Assembly (NCBI GenBank): GCA_963727285.1
Contig: CAVSFF010000008.1
Span: forward strand, 6,857 to 70,856
Origin: an uncultured Thermoleophilia bacterium
GTDB lineage: Bacteria > Actinomycetota > Thermoleophilia > Miltoncostaeales > Miltoncostaeaceae
Length of the DNA: 64,000 nt
Direction: 5' to 3'
The notes under the pieces were generated by a model. It was given only the letters and a program-made list of their open reading frames with translations. It made no database searches and was not told the DNA's origin. The translations under genes and the position numbers were made by a program. Shown here piece by piece: positions 39,597 to 49,582 of the stretch; the first letter of the stretch is position 1; the number at the start of each line of letters is the position of its first letter.

Positions 39597-40745
39597 TCAT
39601 CCGGTGAGTGAAAGCACTCCCGACCACACGCCGGCGACCTGGCCGGGCGTCTGAGGCTGGCCGCCGAAATACCATGTGGCCGCGTACCAGTGCCACTGTC
39701 GGGCCTCGCGAAACATCAGCTGTTCACCGGCCGCCGACGTCCGTCCGTTGCCGGTGGACTCCCCGGCCTCGAGGATGCCCGGCCGCAGCAGGCCGTGGAT
39801 GTACGTGGCGGGGTTCGGGTTGCTGGCGGTGCCCTGTGTCGCATCGGCGTACGTCGAATAGGCGACGACCCGTCCGGTGGCCGGCAGCCGCCGCACGAGA
39901 TCCACCCAGTCAAGGCCCTGATTGATCTCGTCCGGGGACCGGGTCAGCAGCGCGCGCGCCGCGATCGCCGTGCTCCCCGGGCGTTGTCCCCATCCGGGCA
40001 ACAGCAGCTCGAGCTTGGTGCTGACCGGGAATGCTATGCCCGCCGTATGTTCGAGCCAGACCCCGTAGTTGGCCAAGGCGCCGTTGTAGGCCTGCAGGAA
40101 GGCGGTGGCCTGACGGGCCGTTCCGTGCCCCGGGCGCCAACCGCGAATCGCGATCGGCAGGGACGCCTGGGACGACGCGTCGTAGAACCAAAAGGCATTC
40201 GGCTTGGCACCGCGTGCGCCCGATGGGTACCGCAGCTCGCCGTCGGCGAGCCCGCCGAGCCGAACGGCCGCGAGCCCGCGCAGGTGCGTGCCGAGGAGGC
40301 GCACATAGGCCCCGAGCTGGGTGCGTACTCCCGCGTTGGTGACCCCGTTGGCGACGTTGTCGCCGGATCCCGCCGATCCCGTGAAAGCGCGGCCGTACTG
40401 GTCGACGAAGCGGGTCCCGCCACCGACGGCGAAGATCCACCGCGGCGGGTATTGGATGCCGGGATCGAGAACCGGCTGCATGCCGGCGGCGCGCGCGGCG
40501 TCGATCGCCAGCTGCAACCTCGTGATCGCCCGCGTCGAGAAGACACCCGGACCCGGCTCGATGGCGGCCCAGCTGGTCGGGATCACGACCTGGGAAAAGT
40601 GCGCCGAGGCCAGGACGTGGGTGTTTCCACGAAAGCCGAGCCCGTTCAGGGCCGGCGCACCGGAGGTCGACGTGGACCCGACGGCGGCGGAGGTCAGCGC
40701 GAGCGCCACCGCCGCACCGGTGAGAAGTTGTGTCCTGCGATTCAT
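39597..40745 (-). CDS. Secreted protein, possibly a TIM-barrel glycoside hydrolase
   Basis: Signal peptide MNRRTQLLTGAAVALALTSAAVG. WAAIEPGPGVFS...LQLAIDAARAAGMQPVLD...YPPRW resembles GH42/GH35-type N-termini. The family assignment is not secure. Confidence 0.5.
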   Translation of the reverse strand: MNRRTQLLTGAAVALALTSAAVGSTSTSGAPALNGLGFRGNTHVLASAHFSQVVIPTSWAAIEPGPGVFSTRAITRLQLAIDAARAAGMQPVLDPGIQYPPRWIFAVGGGTRFVDQYGRAFTGSAGSGDNVANGVTNAGVRTQLGAYVRLLGTHLRGLAAVRLGGLADGELRYPSGARGAKPNAFWFYDASSQASLPIAIRGWRPGHGTARQATAFLQAYNGALANYGVWLEHTAGIAFPVSTKLELLLPGWGQRPGSTAIAARALLTRSPDEINQGLDWVDLVRRLPATGRVVAYSTYADATQGTASNPNPATYIHGLLRPGILEAGESTGNGRTSAAGEQLMFREARQWHWYAATWYFGGQPQTPGQVAGVWSGVLSLTG

Positions 40746-40883
40746 CGCGTGCATTCGGTCGCCGGCCGGGGGGTGCACCGTCAGTGGTATCGACACTGCA
40801 GGCATCGACCGAGGTCCGCGGGGACTTGAACCGCGTGGCCGGCGCGGGATCGGTGGCACGGTGCGATCGGCCCATCGACCCGG

Positions 40884-41603
40884 TCAGCGGACGATCGCCG
40901 GCCCGGTTCCGGACTGACGGCCGCCGGTCCGTGCCGGTAGCGCCGAGGTGTCGGAGGCGTCCGCGCGGCCGGAGCCGGGGGAGGCGGGGTCGATCGGGGG
41001 TGCGATCCAGACCGAACCCGGGGACGCGCGCGGGGTGGCGAGGGCGACGGATCCCCGCCGGCCGTCCGGAAACGTACGGTCGGCGACGGTCACATGCCAC
41101 ACATCGTCGGCGACCGCGATCCGCGCACGTCCGTTGCGGAGAACCTCGGCGGCGTCGAGACGGTCGAACGGGAGCGTGAGCCCCCGTCCGTCGGCCTTCG
41201 CGACGGCCTCCTTTGCGGTCCACAGCCGTATGAGCGCGGCCGCGCGATCGGCGCCCGGCCGTGCCGCGAGTGCCGCGACCTCCGCCACCGACAGGATTGC
41301 GGTGCTCGACGGGATGGCGCCGCCGAACAGCTCAAGATCGATGCCCACCCGGCAGTCGGCACGCGCGATCAGGGCCCAGCGATCGGCCGAGGTCACGCTG
41401 ATGTCGTCATTGCCGGAGAGTTCCGGGCGCCCATGGTCCGTCCCACCGCAGACCGGGCAGCGGCGGGCGACGGTGGTCCCCGCTTGCTGGGCGACCTGCG
41501 CGAGCGCCGTCGCCCTGGCATGGCGCCGGTGGGCCACGATAGGGCCATCCAGGGCGGGGTTCGGCCGCCCGGCGTCGAGGTCGGCGGTCCAGACCCTGAC
41601 CAT
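40884..41603 (-). CDS. 4'-phosphopantetheinyl transferase (Sfp-type)
   Basis: GRPEL...ISVTSADRWALIARADCRVGIDLE...LWTAKEAVAKADGRGL. It starts 8 nt after the NRPS-like gene stop. Confidence 0.75.
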   Translation of the reverse strand: MVRVWTADLDAGRPNPALDGPIVAHRRHARATALAQVAQQAGTTVARRCPVCGGTDHGRPELSGNDDISVTSADRWALIARADCRVGIDLELFGGAIPSSTAILSVAEVAALAARPGADRAAALIRLWTAKEAVAKADGRGLTLPFDRLDAAEVLRNGRARIAVADDVWHVTVADRTFPDGRRGSVALATPRASPGSVWIAPPIDPASPGSGRADASDTSALPARTGGRQSGTGPAIVR

Positions 41604-41611
41604 GGGGCCGA

Positions 41612-44600
41612 TCACGTCCCGGCGGCGAGCGTTCGGCAGTTGTCGTCGAGCCATGCCGCAAGTTCGCCGGACCGCAGTTCCCAGAGGTCGAATCGCGGTT
41701 GCCGGGTTGCGGTCAGGAACGCATCCGCCTTGCGCTCGTAGGTGAGGCCGACGAGCGGCACGCCGCACGACCACGCAAATATCTGGGCGTGGAGCCGATG
41801 GGCGACGACGAGATCCATGTGACCGATCGCCGCTTTGATGACCGCAGGCGCATGATCCGGGCCGACGACATGGGTCCGATCGGCGTCGCCCGTTCTGGAG
41901 AGCACGTCATGCGACATCGAGACGTCGGAGGTCGTGGCCCCGAGGCCGTTGTCGCCGCGATCAGACATGCAGAACAAGACTGCGCTGCCGCCCGAGGTGC
42001 GATGCCACCAGTCGACGGCCTCCAGCGCGACCTCCACCTGATGGACGTCGCGGTCACGGTAGCCGCACGGCTTGAGGGAGATGCCGAGCAGCGGCACGTC
42101 GTCGCGGACGCCGGCGGCGGTCAGGACCGCGCGCCCGACGCCGGGGGGCGCCGGAGGAAGCTCGATCGCGGGATCGGGGACGATGCGCGCATGGGGTGCG
42201 GCGAGCACACTCGCGCTCTCCCCGTCGCGCACCGCGACCATCGTCGACCCGGCTGCGACCGCTTGGAGGGCCCGCTGGACGAACTTCGGGCTCGACGAGT
42301 AGGCGCCCGTGCCGAGGAACATGGTCTCCTTGCGCAGCAGCATCTGCGCCCCCCAAACGGCCGCGGGGAGAACCGCGGTGTTGAGCTTCATGCCGTTGCC
42401 GAACAGCCCACCGCCGCCGATCGCGATCACGTCACTGGCGAGCACTGCACGGATCACGCGCGGGCTTGTCAGGTCGATCGCCGGGACGCCGAACTCGCGC
42501 GCGATCCGTGCCGGGGCGCGGGAGACGACCGTGAGGTCGGCGTACGGGGCGACCAGGGCCACGATCGTGGTGAGGATGGCGTCATCGCCGAGGTTGCCGT
42601 TGGCATAGTTGCCGAACATCAGGATGCGCGGCCGGCCGCGTCCCTCGAGGGCACGCCGGAGCTCGGATGCGAGGTCGCTGTCTTCAAACGGGCGCCATGA
42701 GGATGCGCGCCGCTCGGGGCCACCGTCGGGGGTCCACGCGGCGACGAAGCGTGCGAGTTCCGCCGCGAGATGCGCAACGTGCGGCGCGTCGAAGACCGTG
42801 TTGTGGTCACCGGCGATCGGTCGGGCAACCAGCGGACCGTCGACGAGGCGGTCCCAACCCAGGGCCCGACGGCCGCGCGCCATCCGCAGGCCCTGACGCG
42901 TCCACAGCAGCGTCAGCGGGCCCGCGTAGCGCGCGGGGCGGTAGTCCTGGGTGGCGAGATTGGTCCGGCGCGTGGCGCGGGCAACCGCCGATGCCAGCGC
43001 CGGGTCCGTCGCCGTGGTCCGCGACGGGCGCAGGCGTCCGCGCACCACCGAGCGCGCCATTGCGAGACGGTCGCGCCCGCCCGCATCGCGGACGACCGGC
43101 CAGTTCATCACGGCCTCGGCCCAGAGATAGTCGGCGCGGGACCGCGTCGCGGGCGTGTCGATCACCAGCAGGCCGGCGATCGATTCCCCGGCGATCTCGA
43201 GGCGCTGGGCGACCTCGAGGGCGATCAGGCCGCCCGCCGAGTGCCCCCCGACGAGGTACGGACCGTGTGCCTGGATTCCGCGGATGCTGGCGGATCGCGC
43301 ATTCGGCGAGGTCACCGATCGACAGCGTCGGGACGTCCACGTCGGCGCCGGCGTCGTGGACGTCAACCGGGATCACCGGGCAATTCGGCGGCAGGTGCGG
43401 CAGCAGGCGTCGGTACCCCAGCGCCGAGCCGACGTAGGGGTTGATGAGAAACAGCGGGGTTCCCGGGCCGGAGGGCCGGGCGGGCCCGGGCCGACCGGCG
43501 CCCTGGCGATCGACGAGCGCGGCGAGGCCGCCGATGGTCGTGTCGTCGAGCGCCTGCCGGATCGGAAGGCGGCAGCAGAACGTGGTCTCCATGCGTGCCA
43601 GCAGACCGATCAGCGTGAGCGAGGTTCCCCCGAGGTCGTCGAGGAAGTCGTCCTGCGCCCGGATGGCGCCGCGCGTGCCGAGTACCTGGTGCGCGAGCGC
43701 CACGACGAGGAGTTCGGCTTCGCTGAGCGGGGCGTCGGCCGCGGCCGCCGCGCGGAAGGGCGCCGTCACCGGCTGCGCCGCAAGCGCAGTGAGCGCGGCG
43801 TCGTCATGCTTGCCGTGCCGGGTCAGCGGAATCGCATCGATCGTGATGAAGCGGGCGGGCACCAGGAAGTCCGGGAGCGTCCGCTTGAGCTCCGCGCGTG
43901 CGGCGGCGGCGTCGAACGCTCCGACCGGAACGACGAACGCCACCAGCGCGGCATCGACGCCGGCTCCGGCGACCCGGACGGTCGCCGTCTCGATCTCGTC
44001 GAGCTGCTCGAGGGCGGCCTCGACCTCCCCCGGCTCGATGCGAAAGCCGCGCACCTTGAGCTGGCGGTCAACGCGACCGCCGTAGTGGAACCGGCCGTCA
44101 ACGCCGACCGATCCGAGGTCGCCGGTGCGGTAGGCCTGTACGGGCCGCCCGTCGTCATCGGTGATCTCGACGAATCGTGCCCGCGTCAGGGCGCGGTCGC
44201 CGACGTAGCCCGTCGCGACCTGCGGCCCGAGGATGAGCAACTCCCCGGTCGTGCCCGCGCCGACGGGTTCGAGCCCGGCATCGACGACCCTCAGCCGCGT
44301 TCCCGGGACCGGCGTTCCGAGCGGGACGGGATCCGGAATCGGCAGGGCGACCTCGTAGGCACAGACGAACACCGTTGCTTCTGTCGGGCCGTAGGCGTTG
44401 ATCACGCGCAGCCCGCGATGTGCGCCGAGCAACCGGGCCGCAAGCGCCGGGGGCAGCACCTCGCCACCGACAACGAGCGTTGTCAGCGAGTCCGGGAGCT
44501 GACCGGACCTGAGCAATTCCCGGGCCACCGACGGCGTGGTCGCGCACATCGTGACACCGTCCCCGGCGGCCCCGAGCGCCGCCACGTCCGGGATGACGCG

Positions 44601-45296
44601 GACGCAGCCGCCGGAGGTCAGTGCGCCGAAGATCTCGATGATGTGCGGATCGAAGCTCAGCGAGGTGCTCGTGGCGGTGAGCGCGAAGTCCTCGGGTGCG
44701 CACCAGTCCGCGAGTGCCGCCGCGAAGGCGGCGAGGTTCGCACGGCTGACGCGGACCCCGTTGGGGACCCCGGTGGTCCCGGAGGTGAAGATGATGTAGG
44801 CGTCCGCTGCGGGATCCGCAGCCACGCCGGTGAGATCGCCGGCGGGCACCGCGTCGTCGGGAAGCGCGCCCTCGATGTGCGGTGCGGGCAGGTCCCGCCC
44901 GCATTCCCCCAGGCCGATGACCGCTGCGACATCGGCCGCCGTGCACATCGCCTCGCGCCGTGCGCGCGGCAGGTCGGGATCAAGCGGCACATACGCGCAG
45001 CCCGCAGCGAGTGTTCCCAGGATCGCGACAACGGCTTCGACGCACCGCGGCAGGCAGATGCCGACCGCCGCTCCCCGGGCGACGCCGGCGCCCCGAACGC
45101 GCGCGGCGAGGGCCATCGCCAGATTCCTCAACTCGCCGTAGGAGACCTGCCCGGTGTCGTCATCCAACGCCGGTGCGTCGGGATTGTTCGTGGCCCCGTG
45201 CCAGACGAGCTCGAGGACGTCGGGGCTCGTGAAGGGCGCCGGTCCGGACCTGGTCGCCGCCGATGAGGGGTCACTACGCGGGCGCTGATCGCTCAT
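41612..45296 (-). pseudogene. NRPS-like adenylation-PCP-thioesterase module fused to a polysaccharide pyruvyl-transferase domain; one frame break near 43290
   Basis: A-domain cores: IIFTSGTTGVPNGV (A3), SLSFDPHIIEIF (A4), NAYGPTEATV (A5), GELLILGPQVATGYVG (A6), YRTGDLG (A7), GRVDRQLKVRGFRIEPGEVE (A8), PLTRHGKHD (A10). PCP: DDLGGTSLTL. TE: PLFLINPYVGSALGY ... [shift] ... GPYLVGGHSAGGLIA ... GDHNTVF. The same frame then continues as ILMFGNYANGNLGDDAIL ... VAHRLHAQIFAWSCGVPLVGLTYERKADAF (PS_pyruv_trans-like). Confidence 0.8.
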
Positions 45297-47905
45297 TGCT
45301 GGGGTGCCTCCGAGAACGGTGCGGGGTGGGGAGTCGGTCCGCGATCCGGCTCCGTTCGCAGGCGGTCGGCGAACGGCAGCCCATGAAGCGTCGCGTCGTA
45401 CAGGTCGCCCTGGCGGGCCGCCAAGGCGTCCCATTCCAGCCCGGCGACCGCGCCGGGTCCGCAGCGGCCGAGCCGCCGCGCCAGTGCCTGGTCGAGCGCG
45501 ACGGAGCGAAGGGCCTGGGAGTAGCGGTCGAGGTCGAAGGCGGGCACCAGAACGCCCGCCCGCAGATCGACAACCCCGCGCAGGCACGGGATGTCGAACG
45601 CCACAACCGGCGTCGCGACCGACAGGGCCTCGGCGGCGACCATGCCGAAGGTCTCGTACCGGGACGGCATGGCCAGCAACGCGGCTCCGGCGAGCCATGC
45701 GAAGCGATCCTCGGGGGCGACACGCCCGACGAAATGCACGCGGTCCCCGACGCCCAGATCGGCGGCGAGCGCCTCGAGCACGTCACGGTCGGGCCCGTCG
45801 CCGCCGATGAGCACGTCGTGGTCGACGTCGCCGGCGATCGTCGCGTAGGAGGTCAGCAGCATGTCGATGCCCTTCTGCGCGATCTCGATCCGGCCGAGAT
45901 ACGCGATCCCGGTCCGGGGCTGATGCCGTGGGGTCATCCCGTGGGCATCGAGCCCGTTGGGGACGACGGCGACCTCGGCCCGTGGGTTGCGGGCGGCGAG
46001 CATCTGGCCGAATTCCTCCGAGACCGCGATGAGGCGCCGGTGGGAACGGACGCCGATCCGTTCGACCAGATGGAAGGGGACCCGGTATTCGTCGCGCTTC
46101 TGCTCGGCGAAGAGCCACTGGACGACGCCGATCGTCGGTCGATCCGTCAGCCACGGGACGGCGACCGACGAGAACGGGGCACCGAAGTCCTCGACCACCA
46201 GGTCGGACGGGTAGCGCCACAAGATGTAGGGGATCAGCGCGAAGTAGCTGAGGATCCCAAGACGGGAGCGGGTACGGAAACCCGCGTGCCTGTACCGCAC
46301 ACCGTCTTCGACCCGTGCGACGGCGCCCGGATACGCGGCGCAGACCACGGTGATCTCGTACCGGGCGGCGAGGCGACGGTTGATCGCGTGGGTCCGGACG
46401 GATCCGCCCCCGGATCCGGGTCGACGCGGGTCTTCGTACCCGAGATGCAGAACGCGCCGCGGCCTGCCCGGCATGTCGCGGTGACCGGCGCGGCGCAGGG
46501 CGTCGGCCACCGGGACGGCGGCGCACACCAGCACCGCGACGGCCCACGCCGGTCCCGAGCCCCGTGTCGCACACAGCGGGACGGCCAGGACGAGGCCGAC
46601 GGCGGCCGTCCGCACCACCGAGCGCAGGCATCCAGGCCAGATGCGGGCACAGTCCCTGAGCAGGCTGACCGCGATCAGAAGTGCGCCGGCGGCGACACCG
46701 GCGGCGAGTCCCCGCGGCCCGGCCAGCTGCAGGCCCGCAAGCTCCAGCGCGCCGCTGGCGACGATGCCGATGCCAAGTGTGATCGTCGTGCGGCGGATGC
46801 GCCCGGTCGCCTGAAAGTAGGTCGTCACCAGGTTGACGAGGCCAAGGGCGAGTCCGGCGGCCGCGGCCACCGGCAGGACCCTCGCGATGTTTCCGTAGCT
46901 CGCCGGGAACAGGTGGACGACGAGGACCGTCGGGGTGGTTGCGATCACCGCCGCGGTCGGGATCGCGATCCTCAGGTACAGACGCAGGCTGGCCCGGATG
47001 TCCGCCGGGCGGCTGCCGATCGCCGCGGCCACGCGGGGAAAGACGATGATCGACAGTGATGCGCCGACAAACAGCGCCGCCCTGCCGAGGACGTTTGCGG
47101 CCTGGTAGGTCGCCAACGTCGCGCTCGCTCCGAGCGCGAGACTCGCCACCACGACATCGAGGCTGGCGAGCACGGCCACGCCGCCCTGAATCGACAGCAG
47201 GCCGACCGTCGCGGACCAGAGCCGCCGGTCGAACACTGCGCCGCGGACCCGGCGCATGTCTGCGCGCATGCATGCGCCGCCGACCATGGCCACGATCAGG
47301 GCACCCGCGGCAAACCCTGCGATTGCGCCCTCGGCCCCGTTCCCGGCGAGGACCAGGACCGCGGCCGCGAGGATCTTCACCACCACCTCGGTGACCCGGA
47401 GGACCGCGATCAGCCGAAACCGCAATTGCCCCTGCAGGTAGCCGACCGTGGTCGACGCGGCGAAGATCACGATCACTGCGACGAATGCGGCGGTGAGGGT
47501 CGCCGGTGCCGCGTACCGCGCGGCGACCAGACAGGTGGCGATCGCCGCTCCGGTGGCCTGGATCAGGGTCGCCGCGACGGAAAAGCCCACGGCGCGCCGT
47601 CGGATCTCGGCGTCGTGCCCGGACGTGGCGACCTCGCGGGCCAAGACCCACGGCACCGAGGCGCCGGCCACCGTGCCGAAGATCAGAAGCAGCGCCGAGA
47701 TGGATCCGACCACCGCATACTGGGTCGGCGGAAGCAGCCAGATCATCAGCAGCGTGTAGGCGTAGTTGAGGGCCGCGACGGCGGCGGTGGCGGCGAGCAC
47801 CACCGCTTCGGCGCCACGTCGCGGCGTCCGGGCGGGTGCCACGGCGGCGGGTCCCGAGATCGACACGCCGCGGGGTTCCACGGACGCCGTGCCGACGACG
47901 CTCAC
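45293..47905 (-). CDS. Wzx-like (MOP superfamily) polysaccharide flippase fused to a GT4 glycosyltransferase
   Basis: The N-terminal 480 aa or so is polytopic with about 12-14 hydrophobic helices in flippase-like spacing. The C-terminal 380 aa or so is GT4: VLHLGYEDP...GGGSVRT, GDGPDR and SRYETFGMVAAEALSVATPVV. GTG start overlaps the upstream stop (GTGA) and the stop overlaps the NRPS-like start (ATGA). Confidence 0.7.
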   Translation of the reverse strand: MSVVGTASVEPRGVSISGPAAVAPARTPRRGAEAVVLAATAAVAALNYAYTLLMIWLLPPTQYAVVGSISALLLIFGTVAGASVPWVLAREVATSGHDAEIRRRAVGFSVAATLIQATGAAIATCLVAARYAAPATLTAAFVAVIVIFAASTTVGYLQGQLRFRLIAVLRVTEVVVKILAAAVLVLAGNGAEGAIAGFAAGALIVAMVGGACMRADMRRVRGAVFDRRLWSATVGLLSIQGGVAVLASLDVVVASLALGASATLATYQAANVLGRAALFVGASLSIIVFPRVAAAIGSRPADIRASLRLYLRIAIPTAAVIATTPTVLVVHLFPASYGNIARVLPVAAAAGLALGLVNLVTTYFQATGRIRRTTITLGIGIVASGALELAGLQLAGPRGLAAGVAAGALLIAVSLLRDCARIWPGCLRSVVRTAAVGLVLAVPLCATRGSGPAWAVAVLVCAAVPVADALRRAGHRDMPGRPRRVLHLGYEDPRRPGSGGGSVRTHAINRRLAARYEITVVCAAYPGAVARVEDGVRYRHAGFRTRSRLGILSYFALIPYILWRYPSDLVVEDFGAPFSSVAVPWLTDRPTIGVVQWLFAEQKRDEYRVPFHLVERIGVRSHRRLIAVSEEFGQMLAARNPRAEVAVVPNGLDAHGMTPRHQPRTGIAYLGRIEIAQKGIDMLLTSYATIAGDVDHDVLIGGDGPDRDVLEALAADLGVGDRVHFVGRVAPEDRFAWLAGAALLAMPSRYETFGMVAAEALSVATPVVAFDIPCLRGVVDLRAGVLVPAFDLDRYSQALRSVALDQALARRLGRCGPGAVAGLEWDALAARQGDLYDATLHGLPFADRLRTEPDRGPTPHPAPFSEAPQQ

Positions 47906-49539
47906 GGTGTGGGCGCCCCGGTCAGTGCGCTCACCTCGTACAGGCGCAGGCTTCCCTCACTCGGCCCGTCGGCCCGGAACATGAGTCGCCCGCGACGGTT
48001 GAGGGTCGCCAGGAACTCCTCCGAGGCCAGGCCGTACCCCTGATGGGTCAGCGTGGTTGCGACCAGCACGTACTGCACGTGGTGGGCCACGATCGCGGGC
48101 AGCGTGCTCCATTGGCCGATGACGCCGTGGCGGATGAGGAACTGGGAGGTGTAGTCGGTGACCGCAACTACCGAGTCCGGCGGAACGTGCGCAGACTCCC
48201 AGGCCAGCATCTGCTGGTACTCGTTGTCCGAGCGGGTATGGACCTGGAACCAGATCACCCCGTTGACCGCGAGCACCGCCACAATGCACGCCACCAGCGG
48301 CGATCGCCAGGTGGTCCCGCGATGCGCGGGCCGGCCTGAAAGCCAGGTTGTTGCGGCCGCGATCGCCGGTGCGAGCAGGATGTAGTACATCTGCTCTTCG
48401 ATCGATCCGAACAGCGTCGCGTAGACGAGATAGGCGGCCGCGACACCGGCCCAGACGGCGATCAGGATCGTCACGCGGTCCCGCGGGGTCCGGTCGGCGT
48501 CGGTGCGCCAGGGGCGAAGACGCACCACGAGCCCGACCGCGGCCAACGCACCGAGGCCCAGCAGAACGTACGTCGTGCCGTAGTCGGTCAGGTGGGCGAC
48601 GATGCGGGAGGTCAGCGACACGTGCACCGTCGGCGAATTGAATCCCGTCTCCTGCCGCACGCCGACCAGCCGCAGTGCGTCGTCGTACTTGGCGGTCCAC
48701 CACGCACCGAGCCCCGTCGAGGTCGCCACCGAGAGCACGATGATCAGATAACCGGCGAGCGTGATCCCGAGCACGGTCAATGCGTGGCGACGGGGGAGCA
48801 CCCATTCGGTGATCGCGAGCACGGCGAGGATCGCGATCACCACCATCCCGAACGTTTCTTTGCTGGTGATCGCCATCGTCCCGGCGACGCCGGCCAGGGC
48901 GACGCACCATCCGCGCGCCCGACCCGGTCCGAGGCACGTCGCCACCGCGATGAGCGCGCACATGCCGGCCACACCGGCCTGCGCGGGCGCCTCGAGCATG
49001 ACGCGGCTGTCGAACGTGATCGCGAACGGATCGGCAGCGGCGACAAGGGCCGCGGTGAACGCGATCGGACGGCGCGTCACCCGGTCCAGCAGCACGAACA
49101 GCGCGACTGGGATGAGGGCCCCGAAGGCGGCCGTCACGTGTCGGAGTTCAAAAATCGCCTGTTCGAGGCCGCCGTGGGCACCGAGGATCCAGAGTACGCC
49201 GCCGAAGATCATGAACGCCGACGGGGGGTGAATGTCGAATGCTCGTCCGTACAGGGTGACGCCTGCGCCGTGGGCGACGTTCATCGCGACCCGCGCGTAT
49301 GAGGTCTCGTCGATAAAGAGGTCGTAGGACCGAGTGATCGCGATCAGGCGCAGCGCAAGGGCGATCACGAACATGAGCGCCGCGCAGGCCGGCAGGCTGG
49401 TGAGCCAACCGACGAGCCGGGTACGTGCCGGGGCGACGGGCGCGAGGGCCGACGGGCCAATCGCCCCGGTGCGCCGGCGGGAAATGGCAACGCTGCGCCT
49501 GATGCGCCGGTCCGGCGCGTCGTGGGGGGTGGTGCTCAT
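47902..49539 (-). CDS. GT-C fold membrane glycosyltransferase (family 39/83-like, PMT/ArnT type)
   Basis: About 11-13 TM helices, the first-loop acidic motif YDLFIDETSYARVA, and a soluble C-terminal domain of about 130 aa. Confidence 0.6.
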   Translation of the reverse strand: MSTTPHDAPDRRIRRSVAISRRRTGAIGPSALAPVAPARTRLVGWLTSLPACAALMFVIALALRLIAITRSYDLFIDETSYARVAMNVAHGAGVTLYGRAFDIHPPSAFMIFGGVLWILGAHGGLEQAIFELRHVTAAFGALIPVALFVLLDRVTRRPIAFTAALVAAADPFAITFDSRVMLEAPAQAGVAGMCALIAVATCLGPGRARGWCVALAGVAGTMAITSKETFGMVVIAILAVLAITEWVLPRRHALTVLGITLAGYLIIVLSVATSTGLGAWWTAKYDDALRLVGVRQETGFNSPTVHVSLTSRIVAHLTDYGTTYVLLGLGALAAVGLVVRLRPWRTDADRTPRDRVTILIAVWAGVAAAYLVYATLFGSIEEQMYYILLAPAIAAATTWLSGRPAHRGTTWRSPLVACIVAVLAVNGVIWFQVHTRSDNEYQQMLAWESAHVPPDSVVAVTDYTSQFLIRHGVIGQWSTLPAIVAHHVQYVLVATTLTHQGYGLASEEFLATLNRRGRLMFRADGPSEGSLRLYEVSALTGAPTP

Positions 49540-49582
49540 TCGATGTCCGTTCCAGGGCGTCCGTGCCGCGGGGCGGGCGCCG

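Noticed and set aside
43155-47059. Two long plus-strand ORFs (703 aa and 598 aa)
   Set aside because: They are antisense to the NRPS-like and Wzx-GT4 genes, both of which show clear catalytic motifs. Their composition is extremely R/G/D/P-rich.
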